64,000 bases of DNA, taken from contig OY970399.1 of NCBI GenBank assembly GCA_963720545.1, forward strand, positions 1,056,001 to 1,120,000, read 5' to 3'. The translations under genes were made by a program, and so were the position numbers. This DNA comes from an uncultured Acidobacteriota bacterium. GTDB lineage: Bacteria; Acidobacteriota; Vicinamibacteria; Fen-336. Shown piece by piece: positions 29,577 to 44,599 of this stretch. The notes under the pieces are model-generated. The model was not told the DNA's origin and did not search any database. It saw only the letters and a program-made list of their open reading frames with translations. Position 1 is the stretch's first letter, and each line of letters opens with the position of its first letter.

Positions 29577-29592
29577 TTGGCTTCCTGTCTCC

Positions 29593-33906
<4,314 letters not shown>

Positions 33907-34045
33907 TTTTGGTTGGCTGTCCTTAGGTTCGGCCTGGTACTGCGTAAAGACACTCGTGCCCCGGCGGACGGCGCAAGGCGCCGCCACCGCAGGCACACCG
34001 GGGCTTTAACCCCGCCATCAGTCCCCTCATGCGGAAGGAGAGGAC

Positions 34046-34429
34046 CTACTTGACTTCGACCGTGGCTCCGGCGTCCTCGAACTTCTTCTTGATCGTGGCC
34101 GCCTCTTCCTTGGTGATGCCTTCCTTCACCAGCTTGGGCGCGCCGTCCACCAGGTCCTTCGCCTCCTTGAGGCCGAGGCTCGTCACTTCGCGGACCGCCT
34201 TGATCACGTTGATCTTGTTGGCGCCGGCGCCGGTCAGGTGCACGGCAAATTCGGTCTTTTCCTCGGCAGCGGCAGCGCCCGCGGCAGGCGCGCCGGCGGC
34301 GGCCATCATCACGGGTGCCGCGGCGGCGGCGGAAACGCCCCACTTCTCCTCGAGCATCTTGACGAGCTCGGCAACCTGCATCACCGAGAGTCCGCTGAGG
34401 TCGTTCGCAATCGTCTGAATGTCAGCCAT
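34046..34429 (-). CDS. rplL: 50S ribosomal protein L7/L12
   Basis: [40 protein letters not shown]. Confidence 0.98.
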   Translation of the reverse strand: MADIQTIANDLSGLSVMQVAELVKMLEEKWGVSAAAAAPVMMAAAGAPAAGAAAAEEKTEFAVHLTGAGANKINVIKAVREVTSLGLKEAKDLVDGAPKLVKEGITKEEAATIKKKFEDAGATVEVK

Positions 34430-34485
34430 TTTCCTGTCTTCCTCTTTTTCCCAAATTCAAGCAGCGACGAGATAACCGAAAATTC

Positions 34486-35010
34486 CTATGCGCCCTTCTC
34501 TGCCTCTTCGTGCGCCTTCAGCACCCGCACCATCTGGGTTGCGGGAGTGCTGAGCAAACGCACCAGCTTGCTGGCCGGTGCCTGCAGCATGCCGAGCAGC
34601 GTCGCGCGCAGCTCCGCGAGACTCGGCATGGACGACAGCGCCTTGACGCCGTTGGCATCGAGCATCTGCCCGCCCGAGACGATGCCGCCCTTGACGACCA
34701 GGGTCGGATGGTCCTTCGCGAAGTCGACGAGCACCTTGGCGAGGACCACGGGGTCCTTGCCGTTCCACGCGATGCCGGTGGTGCCGACGAGCTGCGACGA
34801 GAGCTTCTCGATCGGCGTGTCCTTCGCCGCGCGCAGGGCGAGGGAGTTCTTGATGACGCGGTAGGTGGACCCGGACTGCCGCATCTTGCGGCGGAACTCG
34901 GTCACGGCGGGCACCGACAGGCCGGTGAAGTCCACCAGGATGGTGTGCGGCGACTGCGCGAACTCCTTGTGGAGTCCGGCGACGAGCGTTGCTTTTTCAG
35001 TGCGGTTCAT
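34486..35010 (-). CDS. rplJ: 50S ribosomal protein L10
   Basis: [36 protein letters not shown]. Confidence 0.97.
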   Translation of the reverse strand: MNRTEKATLVAGLHKEFAQSPHTILVDFTGLSVPAVTEFRRKMRQSGSTYRVIKNSLALRAAKDTPIEKLSSQLVGTTGIAWNGKDPVVLAKVLVDFAKDHPTLVVKGGIVSGGQMLDANGVKALSSMPSLAELRATLLGMLQAPASKLVRLLSTPATQMVRVLKAHEEAEKGA

Positions 35011-35025
35011 TTTGGCGTTCGTCCC

Positions 35026-35730
35026 TTACTGCGCTTCCACCGAGGCGAGGTCGACGCGCACCCCCGGCCCCATCGTCGACGACAACGCGATCGACTTCAC
35101 GTACTTGCCCTTCGCCGCCGCCGGCTTCGCCTTCAGCACGCTGTCGATCAGCGCCTTGGCGTTGTCGAACAGCTTGGCCGTGCCGAACGACACCTTGCCG
35201 ATCGGCGCGTGCACGATGGCGGTCTTGTCCACGCGGTACTCGACCTTGCCGGCCTTGATCTCGCGCACCGCCTTCGCCACGTCGAACGCGACCGTGCCGG
35301 TCTTGGGGTTCGGCATCAGCCCGCGCGGACCGAGGATCTTGCCGAGCTTGCCCACCGACTTCATCATGTCGGGCGTGGCGACGATGGCGTCGTAGTCGAG
35401 CCAGTTCTCGGTCTCGATCTTCTTCACCATGTCCTCGCCGCCGATGAAGTCCGCGCCGGCCTCACCCGCTTCCTTGAGCTTCTCGCCCGAAGCGATGACC
35501 AGCACGCGCTTCGCCTTGCCGCCGAGGCCATGGGGCAGCACCACGGTGCCGCGCACCATCTGGTCGGCATGCTTCGGGTCGACCCCGAGGCGCAGCGCGA
35601 TGTCGACGGTCTCGTCGAACTTCGCAAAGGCGTTGGCCGTCACGGCCGAAACGGCATCGTTCAGCGGGAAGACCTGCTTTTCTCCGATGGCAGACTGGGC
35701 CTTCTTGTACTTCTTACCGACACGTCCCAT
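35026..35730 (-). CDS. rplA: 50S ribosomal protein L1
   Basis: ATG 35730 after [40 protein letters not shown]. Confidence 0.98.
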   Translation of the reverse strand: MGRVGKKYKKAQSAIGEKQVFPLNDAVSAVTANAFAKFDETVDIALRLGVDPKHADQMVRGTVVLPHGLGGKAKRVLVIASGEKLKEAGEAGADFIGGEDMVKKIETENWLDYDAIVATPDMMKSVGKLGKILGPRGLMPNPKTGTVAFDVAKAVREIKAGKVEYRVDKTAIVHAPIGKVSFGTAKLFDNAKALIDSVLKAKPAAAKGKYVKSIALSSTMGPGVRVDLASVEAQ

Positions 35731-35827
35731 TAACTCTCCTTCGACGTTTAGCGAAGCCCACGCCTGCGGCGCGCGCCTTTCGTCTCCCACCGTTGGCGCG
35801 GCCGGGGCCGCGGCGGTGGTGTGTGTG

Positions 35828-36247
35828 TTAACCGACTTCGACTCCCATGCTCCTCGCGGTGCCGCGCACCGTCTGGATCGCTGCTTCGAGCGTCTCGCAG
35901 TTCAGGTCGGGAAGCTTCAGCTTCGCGATCTCCTCGACTTGCTTGGGGGTGACCTTGCCCACCTTGGTCTTGTTGGGTTCGCCGCTGCCCTTCGCCAGGT
36001 TGGCGGCCTTCTTCAACAATACAGCCACTGGCGGCGTCTTGGTAATGAAGGTATAGGAGCGGTCGGCGTAGACCGTGATGACGACCGGGATGATGAGGCC
36101 CTCGTCCTTGGCGGTCTTGGCGTTGAACGCCTTGCAGAAGTCCATGATGTTGACGCCCGCCTGGCCCAGCGCGGGGCCCACCGGCGGCGCCGGCGTCGCC
36201 TTGGCGGCTGCGATCTGCAGCTTGATCTGCCCGACTACCTTCTTCAT
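35828..36247 (-). CDS. rplK: 50S ribosomal protein L11
   Basis: [27 protein letters not shown]. Confidence 0.98.
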   Translation of the reverse strand: MKKVVGQIKLQIAAAKATPAPPVGPALGQAGVNIMDFCKAFNAKTAKDEGLIIPVVITVYADRSYTFITKTPPVAVLLKKAANLAKGSGEPNKTKVGKVTPKQVEEIAKLKLPDLNCETLEAAIQTVRGTARSMGVEVG

Positions 36248-36817
36248 TTAAAGCTTCTCCACCTGCAGGAAATCGAGCTCGACCGGGGTCGACCGGCCGA
36301 AGATCGTGACCATGACCTTGAGGGTGTTGCGGTCGAGGTTCACTTCCTCGACGATCCCCTGGAAGTTCGAGAACGGCCCGTCGATGATGCGCACGCTCTC
36401 GCCGCGGTCGAACGTGTACTTCGGCTTGGGCTTTTCGATCGATTCCTTGACCTGGACGAAGATCTGGTCGGCTTCCTCGGGCGAGAGCGGAATGGGCCGC
36501 TGCCCCGAGCCGACGAAGCCGGTGACCTTGGGCGTGTTGCGCACCAGGTGCCAGGCCGAGTCGGGAATCTTCTTGCCGTCCGGACCGTCCTCGGTTTCGA
36601 TCTCCACCAGGATGTAGCCCGGGAAGAAGCGGGTAGCCGTCTGCACCTTGCGGCCCGCCTTCATTTCCACCACTTCCTCGGTGGGGATCTCGATGCGGCC
36701 GATCTGGTCCTCGAGGCCGTAGGCCTTGGCGCGCTGCTTCAGGCCGTCGGCAACCTTCTTCTCGAAGCCGGAATAGGTGTGGACGATGTACCAGTGCTTC
36801 GCCATCTGTGCCTGCAT
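36248..36817 (-). CDS. nusG: Transcription termination/antitermination factor NusG
   Basis: [38 protein letters not shown]; start may be 36805. Confidence 0.97.
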   Translation of the reverse strand: MQAQMAKHWYIVHTYSGFEKKVADGLKQRAKAYGLEDQIGRIEIPTEEVVEMKAGRKVQTATRFFPGYILVEIETEDGPDGKKIPDSAWHLVRNTPKVTGFVGSGQRPIPLSPEEADQIFVQVKESIEKPKPKYTFDRGESVRIIDGPFSNFQGIVEEVNLDRNTLKVMVTIFGRSTPVELDFLQVEKL

Positions 36818-36819
36818 CG

Positions 36820-37092
36820 CTATTGGCTCAGGATCCGCGAGAACAGGCGGAAGAACATCATGTCCAGGCCGAACAGGTAGAAGCCGAACGCGACCGAAGT
36901 CGCGATCACCACGATGGTCGTCGCATACACCTCGGCGCGCGAGGGCCAGGTGACCTTGCGCAGCTCGCTGCGGACTTCGGAAAAGAACGTGCGCAGCTCG
37001 CGCAGCTTGCGCGGTACCACGCCGAGGACGGATGCGGCTCCGCCCCCGTTCGATTCGGCCTTGTCGATCTTCTTTGCTTCAGCCACTGCCAT
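36820..37092 (-). CDS. secE: Preprotein translocase SecE
   Basis: [15 protein letters not shown] plus a single TM helix. Confidence 0.95.
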   Translation of the reverse strand: MAVAEAKKIDKAESNGGGAASVLGVVPRKLRELRTFFSEVRSELRKVTWPSRAEVYATTIVVIATSVAFGFYLFGLDMMFFRLFSRILSQ

Positions 37093-37120
37093 CTTCTTTT
37101 AGTTCGGTCGAGCGCTCGGT

Positions 37121-37196
37121 TGGCAGGCCAGGAGGGACTCGAACCCCCAACCCTCGGTTTTGGAGACCGATGCTCCACCAATTGAGCTACTGGCCT
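37121..37196 (-). tRNA. tRNA-Trp(CCA)
   Basis: AGGCCAG acceptor, TCGGT-CTCCAAA-ACCGA anticodon arm, GTTCGAG, encoded CCA. Confidence 0.97.
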
Positions 37197-37235
37197 TTAG
37201 TGATGCCGATGCGTCCTTGTGCCGTGCGGCTGGTG

Positions 37236-37385
37236 TCACTTCGTTTCTTTGTGGGCGGTGTGCTTGCGGCAGAACGGGCAGAACTTGCTCATCTCCAGCC
37301 GTTCCGTGGTCTTCTTCTTGTTCTTGGTGGTCGCGTAGTTGCGGTTCTTGCAGTCGCCGCACTGCAGCGTGATGTTGTCGCGCAT
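37236..37385 (-). CDS. rpmG: 50S ribosomal protein L33 (zinc-binding form)
   Basis: Manual translation [49 protein letters not shown]. Confidence 0.96.
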   Translation of the reverse strand: MRDNITLQCGDCKNRNYATTKNKKKTTERLEMSKFCPFCRKHTAHKETK

Positions 37386-37389
37386 CTGA

Positions 37390-38589
<1,200 letters not shown>

Positions 38590-38658
38590 GCTGAAACTCC
38601 TCGAGCCTCGATAAAGATGAAGACGCTTGCGACACGCATGCGTTCAAACGTTCAATTC

Positions 38659-38734
<76 letters not shown>

Positions 38735-38769
38735 CCGACCGACCCCATCGCGTCATGCGCTCTTCATGG

Positions 38770-38845
<76 letters not shown>

Positions 38846-38889
38846 GTCGGACTTGACCCCACGTCACGCGAATTCCATTTCGCGAAAGG

Positions 38890-38976
38890 TGGTGGGGAGG
38901 GAAGGATTCGAACCTTCGTAGCCCTGGGGGCGACAGATTTACAGTCTGTTGCGTTTGACCGCTTCGCTACCTCCCC
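38890..38976 (-). tRNA. tRNA-Tyr(GTA)
   Basis: GGGGAGG/CCTCCCC acceptor, ACAGACTGTAAATCTGT, long variable arm, CCA. Confidence 0.97.
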
Positions 38977-39038
38977 CAAGACCTTGCCGAACTTTTTTCT
39001 GGTGCCGCGCTGCCTCGCTTGCGTGCGGCTTTGGCGGG

Positions 39039-39113
39039 TGGAGCTGGCGAAGGGAATCGAACCCCCGACCCGCTGATTACAAATCAGCCGCTCTACCGCT
39101 GAGCTACGCCAGC
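39039..39113 (-). tRNA. tRNA-Thr(TGT)
   Basis: GCTGGCG acceptor, GCTGATTTGTAATCAGC, GTTCGAT, CCA. Confidence 0.97.
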
Positions 39114-39124
39114 GACAAACCCCG

Positions 39125-39153
39125 AGATTACCAGAGCATAGCGGCCCCAGCAA
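39125..39153 (-). promoter_or_regulatory. Sigma70-type promoter of the tRNA-tuf operon
   Basis: TTGCTG (39153-39148), 17 nt, TAATCT (39130-39125) with extended -10 TGn; 11 nt before tRNA-Thr. Confidence 0.7.
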
Positions 39154-39165
39154 GAGGGGTGCCGC

Positions 39166-40659
39166 TCAGGAATTCTGCGGCGGGGCGCCTCCGGGGCCCT
39201 TGCGGCGCCGGCGCCGCCGCCGGCGGGGTCCCTGGCGGGCGTCGGGCGGCCCCCCCGGCCCCGAGTGGGGCGGTCCTTCGCCCGGCTCGCCGCCCGATTC
39301 GCCGCTGCGCTCGGGCCGCGGCTCGCGCGGCTCACCGTGCTCGTGCGGCCCGGGTGCGTCCTCGGGGCGCCTTGGGCCGCGCCCGCGGCGGCGGCGGCGC
39401 GGTCCGCGCTGTTCGCGTTGATCGCCGCGGTCGCTGCCCGGGGCCTGCGGCCGGTCCGAGCCGCCGTCGGGACCGTCGGGACGATGCGGCGAGGCCCCCT
39501 CGCTACGCTCGGGGCTGTCGCCCCCGCGCTCGGGGCTGTCGCCCCCGCGCTCGGGGCGTTGGCCGCGACCGCGGTGTTCGCCGCGCTCGCGCTTGTCGCC
39601 ACGGCCGTGGCGTTCGCCGCGCCCATGGCGGTCGCCGCGGCCCTTGCGGTCGCCGCCGCGGCCGCCCTCGCGCTCCGGCCGGATCTGCCCCGCGCCGTTG
39701 AAGGCGCGCTGCGGCGCACCGCGCGACGGCTCGCGCTGGTCGTCGAGCCCGTGGGGTGCGGTGACGTCCCAGGCGTTGTCCTCCTCGATCTCCACGTCAT
39801 CCTGCACCGCATCCGCCAGCTGGCGCGCGTGATCGCCCGCGCCTGGATCGTGCTCGAGATCGTCCGCGGCCGGGCCGACGATGAGCCGCGTCGCGGTCTT
39901 CGGCCGCGGCGGTATCGGCTTGACGTGGCTTGCGGCCAGGCCGCGCTGGCGCACCGCTTCGTAGAGCGCGATGCCGGCGGCGACCGACACGTTCAGCGAC
40001 TCGACATGGCCGAGGAGCGGCAGCGACACGACATGGTCGCAGTGCTCGCGCACCAGGCGGCGGATGCCCTTGCCTTCGCCGCCGAGGACGAGGGCGATGG
40101 GCCGCTTCAGGTCGACTGCGTCCCAGCGCTCCTTGCCCGACGCGTCGAAGCCGACCACCCAGACGTTGCGCGCCTTGAGCGCCTCGATCGCCTGCACCAG
40201 GTTGCCGACGCGCGCCACCTTCACGTGCTCGAGCGCGCCGGCCGAGGCGCGCGCCACGGTTTCCGACAGGCTCGCGCTGTGGCGTTCGGGGATGAGGACT
40301 CCGTCGGCGCCGGCCGCTTCTGCGGTGCGCAGGATCGCGCCCAGGTTGCGCGGATCCTCGACGCCGTCGAGCACCACGAACAGGCCCGGCTCTTTCGACT
40401 GCGCCAGCAGGTCGTGCAAGGACAGCACCGACTTCTCTGAAACGACCGCGATGATGCCCTGGTGCGGCGTGCCCGAGGCGAGGCGGTCGAGCGCCTCGCG
40501 TGGCTCGAAGCGCAGCGGCACGCCGCCCTGGCTCGCGAGCGCGATCGCGTCGGAGATGCGCTTGTTGCGCAGCCCCTTCACGATCAGCAGGCGGTCGAAG
40601 TGCCGGCTGCCGGCGCGCAGCGCCTCCACCACCGGGTTGATTCCGCAGATGAGGTTCAT
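39166..40659 (-). CDS. rlmB: 23S rRNA (Gm2251) methyltransferase RlmB with about 255-aa low-complexity C-terminal extension
   Basis: HQGIIA, LDGVEDPRNLGAILRTA, VLGGEGKGIR, VESLNVSVAAGIALYE (SPOUT). Confidence 0.93.
   Translation of the reverse strand: MNLICGINPVVEALRAGSRHFDRLLIVKGLRNKRISDAIALASQGGVPLRFEPREALDRLASGTPHQGIIAVVSEKSVLSLHDLLAQSKEPGLFVVLDGVEDPRNLGAILRTAEAAGADGVLIPERHSASLSETVARASAGALEHVKVARVGNLVQAIEALKARNVWVVGFDASGKERWDAVDLKRPIALVLGGEGKGIRRLVREHCDHVVSLPLLGHVESLNVSVAAGIALYEAVRQRGLAASHVKPIPPRPKTATRLIVGPAADDLEHDPGAGDHARQLADAVQDDVEIEEDNAWDVTAPHGLDDQREPSRGAPQRAFNGAGQIRPEREGGRGGDRKGRGDRHGRGERHGRGDKRERGEHRGRGQRPERGGDSPERGGDSPERSEGASPHRPDGPDGGSDRPQAPGSDRGDQREQRGPRRRRRGRGPRRPEDAPGPHEHGEPREPRPERSGESGGEPGEGPPHSGPGGPPDARQGPRRRRRRRRKGPGGAPPQNS
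39506..39557 (-). repeat. 21-bp tandem repeat (about 2.5 copies) encoding PERGGDS in the RlmB tail
   Basis: cgctcggggctgtcgcccccg at 39506 and 39527, partial copy at 39548. Confidence 0.85.
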
Positions 40660-40667
40660 GACTCCCT

Positions 40668-41153
40668 TCAGTCTTTCACAACCAGGACGACGGCCTGCGC
40701 CGCGATGCCTTCCGAGCGGCCGATGGCGCCGAGACGGTCGGTGCTCTTCGCCTTGACCGAAACGTCCTGTGTCGAAAGGCCGAGCGCCGCGGCGATGGCC
40801 GTGCTCATGGCACCCAGGTGAGGCGCGAGGAGCGGCGGCGGCTGCGCGATGACGAGCGCGTCGATGTTGCCGATGCGATAGCCGGCGCGCGCGACCACGG
40901 CGGCGATGGCTTCGAGGAACGTCAGGCTCGCGGCCCCGCGCCAGCGCGGATCGCTGCTGGGGAAATGCGCGCCCAGGTCGCCTTGCGCGGCGGCGCCGAG
41001 CAGGGCATCGCCCACGGCGTGCAGCAGGCAGTCGCCGTCGGAATGGCCTTCGAGGTGCTGATCCCAGTCGATCGCGACTCCGCCCAGGCGCAGCGGGCCG
41101 CCGCCGACCAGGCGATGCGCATCGAAGCCTGAGCCGACGCGGACGTTCGTCAT
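40668..41153 (-). CDS. ispF: 2-C-methyl-D-erythritol 2,4-cyclodiphosphate synthase
   Basis: RVGSGFDAHR, GHSDGDCLLHA, GDLGAHFP, VSVKAKS, EGIAA. Confidence 0.96.
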   Translation of the reverse strand: MTNVRVGSGFDAHRLVGGGPLRLGGVAIDWDQHLEGHSDGDCLLHAVGDALLGAAAQGDLGAHFPSSDPRWRGAASLTFLEAIAAVVARAGYRIGNIDALVIAQPPPLLAPHLGAMSTAIAAALGLSTQDVSVKAKSTDRLGAIGRSEGIAAQAVVLVVKD

Positions 41154-41833
41154 ATGTTCAGCGGCCCGCGCGCGAGCGGCTCGGCCCAGGCCCAGTCTTC
41201 GATGGTGGTTATCTTGCGGTTGAAGGGCGAACCCGCCACGGCGTGCACAGGCTGCCCGCGCCGCTCGACCGCCATCGATTCGTCAGTGACGGTGGCGCCG
41301 CTGCGTTCGGCGTCTTCATAGGCTTCGAGGAGCGTCGCGTAACGAAAGCCCTGCGGTGTCTGCGCGGCCGCGAGTTCGCCGCGGTCGAGCGTTTCGACGA
41401 TGCGGTCCCCCACCAGGCGCTTCATGGTGTCGGCGACGGCCGCCACCGGTACGGCGGAGCCGTTGCGGGTTGCGCCGTCGATCACGCGTTCGATCACGTC
41501 GTGGTCCACGAACGGCCGCGCGGCGTCGTGCACCAGGACCACCCCGTCCCAATCCTTCGGCAGCGAGCGCAGGCCGGCAAGCACCGAGTCTTGCCGCCGG
41601 GCACCGCCGGCGACCACCGTGCCGAGCTTGGAGCAGGAGGCGAGCTGTTCCCGCGCCGCTTCCATCATGTCGTCCGGGACCACCGCGACAATGGCACTGA
41701 TTCCCGCCGATTCCTCGAAGGCACGCGCCGCTCGCCGCAGGAGGCTCTCGCCCCCGAGCGCGACGAAGGCCTTCGGTCCCTTGCCCAGGCGTTCGCCCCG
41801 GCCGGCGGCCACGAGAATGACTGCAGCGCTCAT
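41150..41833 (-). CDS. ispD: MEP cytidylyltransferase
   Basis: AAGRGERLG..KAF, GGARRQDSV, LVHDAARP, QTPQGF, NRKITT. Confidence 0.96.
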   Translation of the reverse strand: MSAAVILVAAGRGERLGKGPKAFVALGGESLLRRAARAFEESAGISAIVAVVPDDMMEAAREQLASCSKLGTVVAGGARRQDSVLAGLRSLPKDWDGVVLVHDAARPFVDHDVIERVIDGATRNGSAVPVAAVADTMKRLVGDRIVETLDRGELAAAQTPQGFRYATLLEAYEDAERSGATVTDESMAVERRGQPVHAVAGSPFNRKITTIEDWAWAEPLARGPLNI

Positions 41834-41884
41834 GAAAACGCCTCCCGAGGGAGGCTCCGCGCTGAGGGTACCACGGCGCCGGCG

Positions 41885-43021
41885 CTACTCGCGGTCGACG
41901 AGGGCGAGGCGCGGCTGTGACTGAACGGGAGCTGGCGCAGGCGCAGCGGCGGACGGCGCCGCGGCCGCGAGCTCTTCGGGCGACTCGGCGGTGCGCAACA
42001 GGCGCTCGGTCATGCGGTGCGCGCCGGCGATGTGCTGGCGCAGGGCGTCGCGCGAGTTTTCCACCTGCACCAGCCCGCGCGACAGACGGCTCTCGATTTC
42101 CTCGTCCATCTTGCGCAGGGTCTCGTCGAGCGCGCGCAGGCGCGCGGCGAGCTGGTTGGTGTCGGTGGCGGCGCCGAAGCGCAGCGCGAGGCGATAGACG
42201 GTGAGCACATAGGAAAGCGCCAGCGAATAGGGCACGAGCAGGATGCCCTCGCGGTAGCACTCGGACTGAGCCTCGGGCGCAGCGGCGTAGACGGAATCTG
42301 GCAGCGCCAGGATGCCCATCGCGAGCGTGCGCTCCGGGTCGAGGTACTTCGCCATCTCGCGCGCGCGGCTGCGCACGTCGCGGCAGACCTGCTCGACCAG
42401 TTTCTTGTGTTCGGCGTGGTCCTCGACGAGCGCCAGCTTCTCGAGGCTCGCGGCGCTCGTCCACTTGCTGTCGATCGGCAGGTAGCGGTTGCCGGGCAGC
42501 CGCACCGCGTACTCGACGGTCTTGTTGCCGAACGACACGTTGGTTTCGAGCAGGTCGGGCGGCAGCTGCGCCAGCGTCCGCATGAGGATGTTTTCGCCGG
42601 CCGCGCCGCGCGTGGGCGCCCCTGCCACGACGGCCTCGAGCCGGCGCAGGCTTTCGGCCGAGCTTTGCGCCTGGCGCGACCGGCTCTCCTCGATGGCGCG
42701 GACCTCGGCCAGCGCCTGGTGCGCCATGCCGATTTGCGAGTGCAGGTGCTGCGTGGCGTCGGTGATGCCCTTCCAGGATGCCTCGCGGCCGGCGAGCGCT
42801 TCCTGGCGCAGGTCGGCCTGGGTGCGGCCGAGCGCCGACAGCTCGGAGCGCACCTGGCCCAGGTCGCGCGACACCGACTCGAGCGCCTGGAGCGCCGCCG
42901 GGTCTACCGACGGAGCCGCGGGCCGGCGGCTCGCGAACGCATAGGCCGCCGCCGCCGCGGCCGCCATCAAAAGCGTCACGGCCAGGACCACGATGAGCAC
43001 GTTCTCGAGAGAGAGGTTCAC
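41885..43021 (-). CDS. rmuC: DNA recombination protein RmuC family
   Basis: N-terminal TM and coiled coil, RGAAGE, AVRLPG..LPIDSKW, KYLDP..T. Confidence 0.85.
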   Translation of the reverse strand: MNLSLENVLIVVLAVTLLMAAAAAAAYAFASRRPAAPSVDPAALQALESVSRDLGQVRSELSALGRTQADLRQEALAGREASWKGITDATQHLHSQIGMAHQALAEVRAIEESRSRQAQSSAESLRRLEAVVAGAPTRGAAGENILMRTLAQLPPDLLETNVSFGNKTVEYAVRLPGNRYLPIDSKWTSAASLEKLALVEDHAEHKKLVEQVCRDVRSRAREMAKYLDPERTLAMGILALPDSVYAAAPEAQSECYREGILLVPYSLALSYVLTVYRLALRFGAATDTNQLAARLRALDETLRKMDEEIESRLSRGLVQVENSRDALRQHIAGAHRMTERLLRTAESPEELAAAAPSAAAPAPAPVQSQPRLALVDRE

Positions 43022-43953
43022 GCTCCCGAGGGTGCCACGGACCGGGGCCCGGCGGGGTCCGAAACTCCGGCCGCCTTTTCCAGCACCTTGATGATGGCCA
43101 CGATGTCCTCCTGGCCGCTGCCCTGGCCGCGGGCGGCCTGGAAGACCTCGCGGATGGCGGCGAGGCCCGGCATGGGCGCCGCTGCCTGGTGCGCCTCGGC
43201 CAGCATCAGGCCCTGGTCCTTGGCCATCAGGTCGATCGAGAAGTGCTGCTCGAAGTCGCGCTCGGCGAGCGCCTTGCCCTTGAAGGCGTAGTAAGGCGAC
43301 GCGAATCCCGAGGCCTGGATGACATCGACGATCGTCGCGAGCGGGATGCCGAGCTTGCGGCCCGCGACGATGCCCTCGCAGAAGCCTTCGACCATGAAGG
43401 AAATGACCGTGTTGCCGATCAGCTTCACGACGGCGCCGTCGCCGACGTCGCCGCAGCGGATCGCCTTCGCGCCCATCGCCATCAGCACCGGCATCAGCTC
43501 GTCGTGCAGCGCCTGCGAACCGCCCGTCATGAACAGCAGCGTGCCGCGCTCGGCGCCGAGCTTCGACCCGGTCATCGGCGCCTCGAGCATGTCGGCGCCT
43601 TTCTCCTGGAGCGCCTGCGCGATGCGCCGCGACAGGTTCGCCGAAATGGTGGACGACTCAACGTAGCGAAAGCCCGGGCGCACGGCACCGAGCAGGCCGT
43701 CCTGCCCGAAGATGAACCCTTCGACGGCGGCCGGGTCGGCGAGGCACGCGACCACCACGTCGGAACCGCGCGCCAGGTCGGCGGGCGTTGCGGCCTGCTT
43801 CGCGCCGGCGTCGACGAGCGGCCGGCAGCGTTCGGCGGTGCGGTTCCAGACGGCGAGCGGAAATTCCTGCAGCAGAAACTGGCGGGCCATGCGGCTGCCC
43901 ATGAGGCCCATGCCGGCAAATCCGATCCTTGGCTTCGTTGTCGTCGTCGTCAT
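43018..43953 (-). CDS. NAD(P)-dependent beta-hydroxyacid dehydrogenase (3-hydroxyisobutyrate/6PGD family)
   Basis: IGFAGMGLMGSRMA, WNRT, EAPMTGSK, KLIGN, FSIDLMAKD. Confidence 0.9.
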   Translation of the reverse strand: MTTTTTKPRIGFAGMGLMGSRMARQFLLQEFPLAVWNRTAERCRPLVDAGAKQAATPADLARGSDVVVACLADPAAVEGFIFGQDGLLGAVRPGFRYVESSTISANLSRRIAQALQEKGADMLEAPMTGSKLGAERGTLLFMTGGSQALHDELMPVLMAMGAKAIRCGDVGDGAVVKLIGNTVISFMVEGFCEGIVAGRKLGIPLATIVDVIQASGFASPYYAFKGKALAERDFEQHFSIDLMAKDQGLMLAEAHQAAAPMPGLAAIREVFQAARGQGSGQEDIVAIIKVLEKAAGVSDPAGPRSVAPSGA

Positions 43954-43972
43954 CTAGCCTCGAGTCTCCATC

Positions 43973-44590
43973 TCAGCCGCGCTGCGCCACGGGAATCACC
44001 ATCTTCAATCCTGAAAGCGTCTCGGAGAAGGCCATCACCTTGACGTCCACGAGGCCAACCGACGGTCCATACGCGCGAATGTCGTCCTCACGGAACTCCT
44101 TGCGCCCCTTCGGCCACACCACCCAGATGGCGCCGTTCGGCGCGATCCTGCGGCGCAGCTGCGCGAGGCGTGCCAGGTCGAGCTTGCTGTTCATCCCCAC
44201 GATGACGAGGTCCGATCCCGGGCGCGCGCGCCCGATGCTGACCGATGCGGCGCGACCGTCAAGCTCGGCCTCCAGATACGGGTCGTCGACGCCGATCACG
44301 GCAACCACGGAAGCGGGTTTTACACCCAGCTTCTCGATGCGGCCGCGCGGGTAACGGATCTTGAGCGCCCACTTCTCGGCGTTGCTGCCGAGATCGAACA
44401 CCGCGCGCTCGCCACTCTTGCCGAAGACGACGGTGAGCTGGCCGCCGCGCACCTCGACGGACTTCATTTCGGCAAACGGAACCTTGAGGCGGAACGGGCC
44501 GCGGAACGCCAGCTCGTCAGGTTCGAGATGAGCCTTGCCAGCCGCCGCCTTGCCACCCCATGAAACTTTGCATTCGGCCTCGAGACCCAT
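43973..44590 (-). CDS. DUF3052-like hypothetical protein
   Basis: EKLGVKP, GAIWVVWPKG, GLVDVKV..FS...SGLK. Confidence 0.7.
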   Translation of the reverse strand: MGLEAECKVSWGGKAAAGKAHLEPDELAFRGPFRLKVPFAEMKSVEVRGGQLTVVFGKSGERAVFDLGSNAEKWALKIRYPRGRIEKLGVKPASVVAVIGVDDPYLEAELDGRAASVSIGRARPGSDLVIVGMNSKLDLARLAQLRRRIAPNGAIWVVWPKGRKEFREDDIRAYGPSVGLVDVKVMAFSETLSGLKMVIPVAQRG

Positions 44591-44599
44591 GCGCACCCC

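Noticed and set aside
39480..39680. Short repeats in rlmB (and in TonB at 1530-1592 and the lipoprotein at about 58720-58795) as a possible CRISPR array
   Set aside because: In-frame tandem coding repeats without unique spacers; no cas genes.
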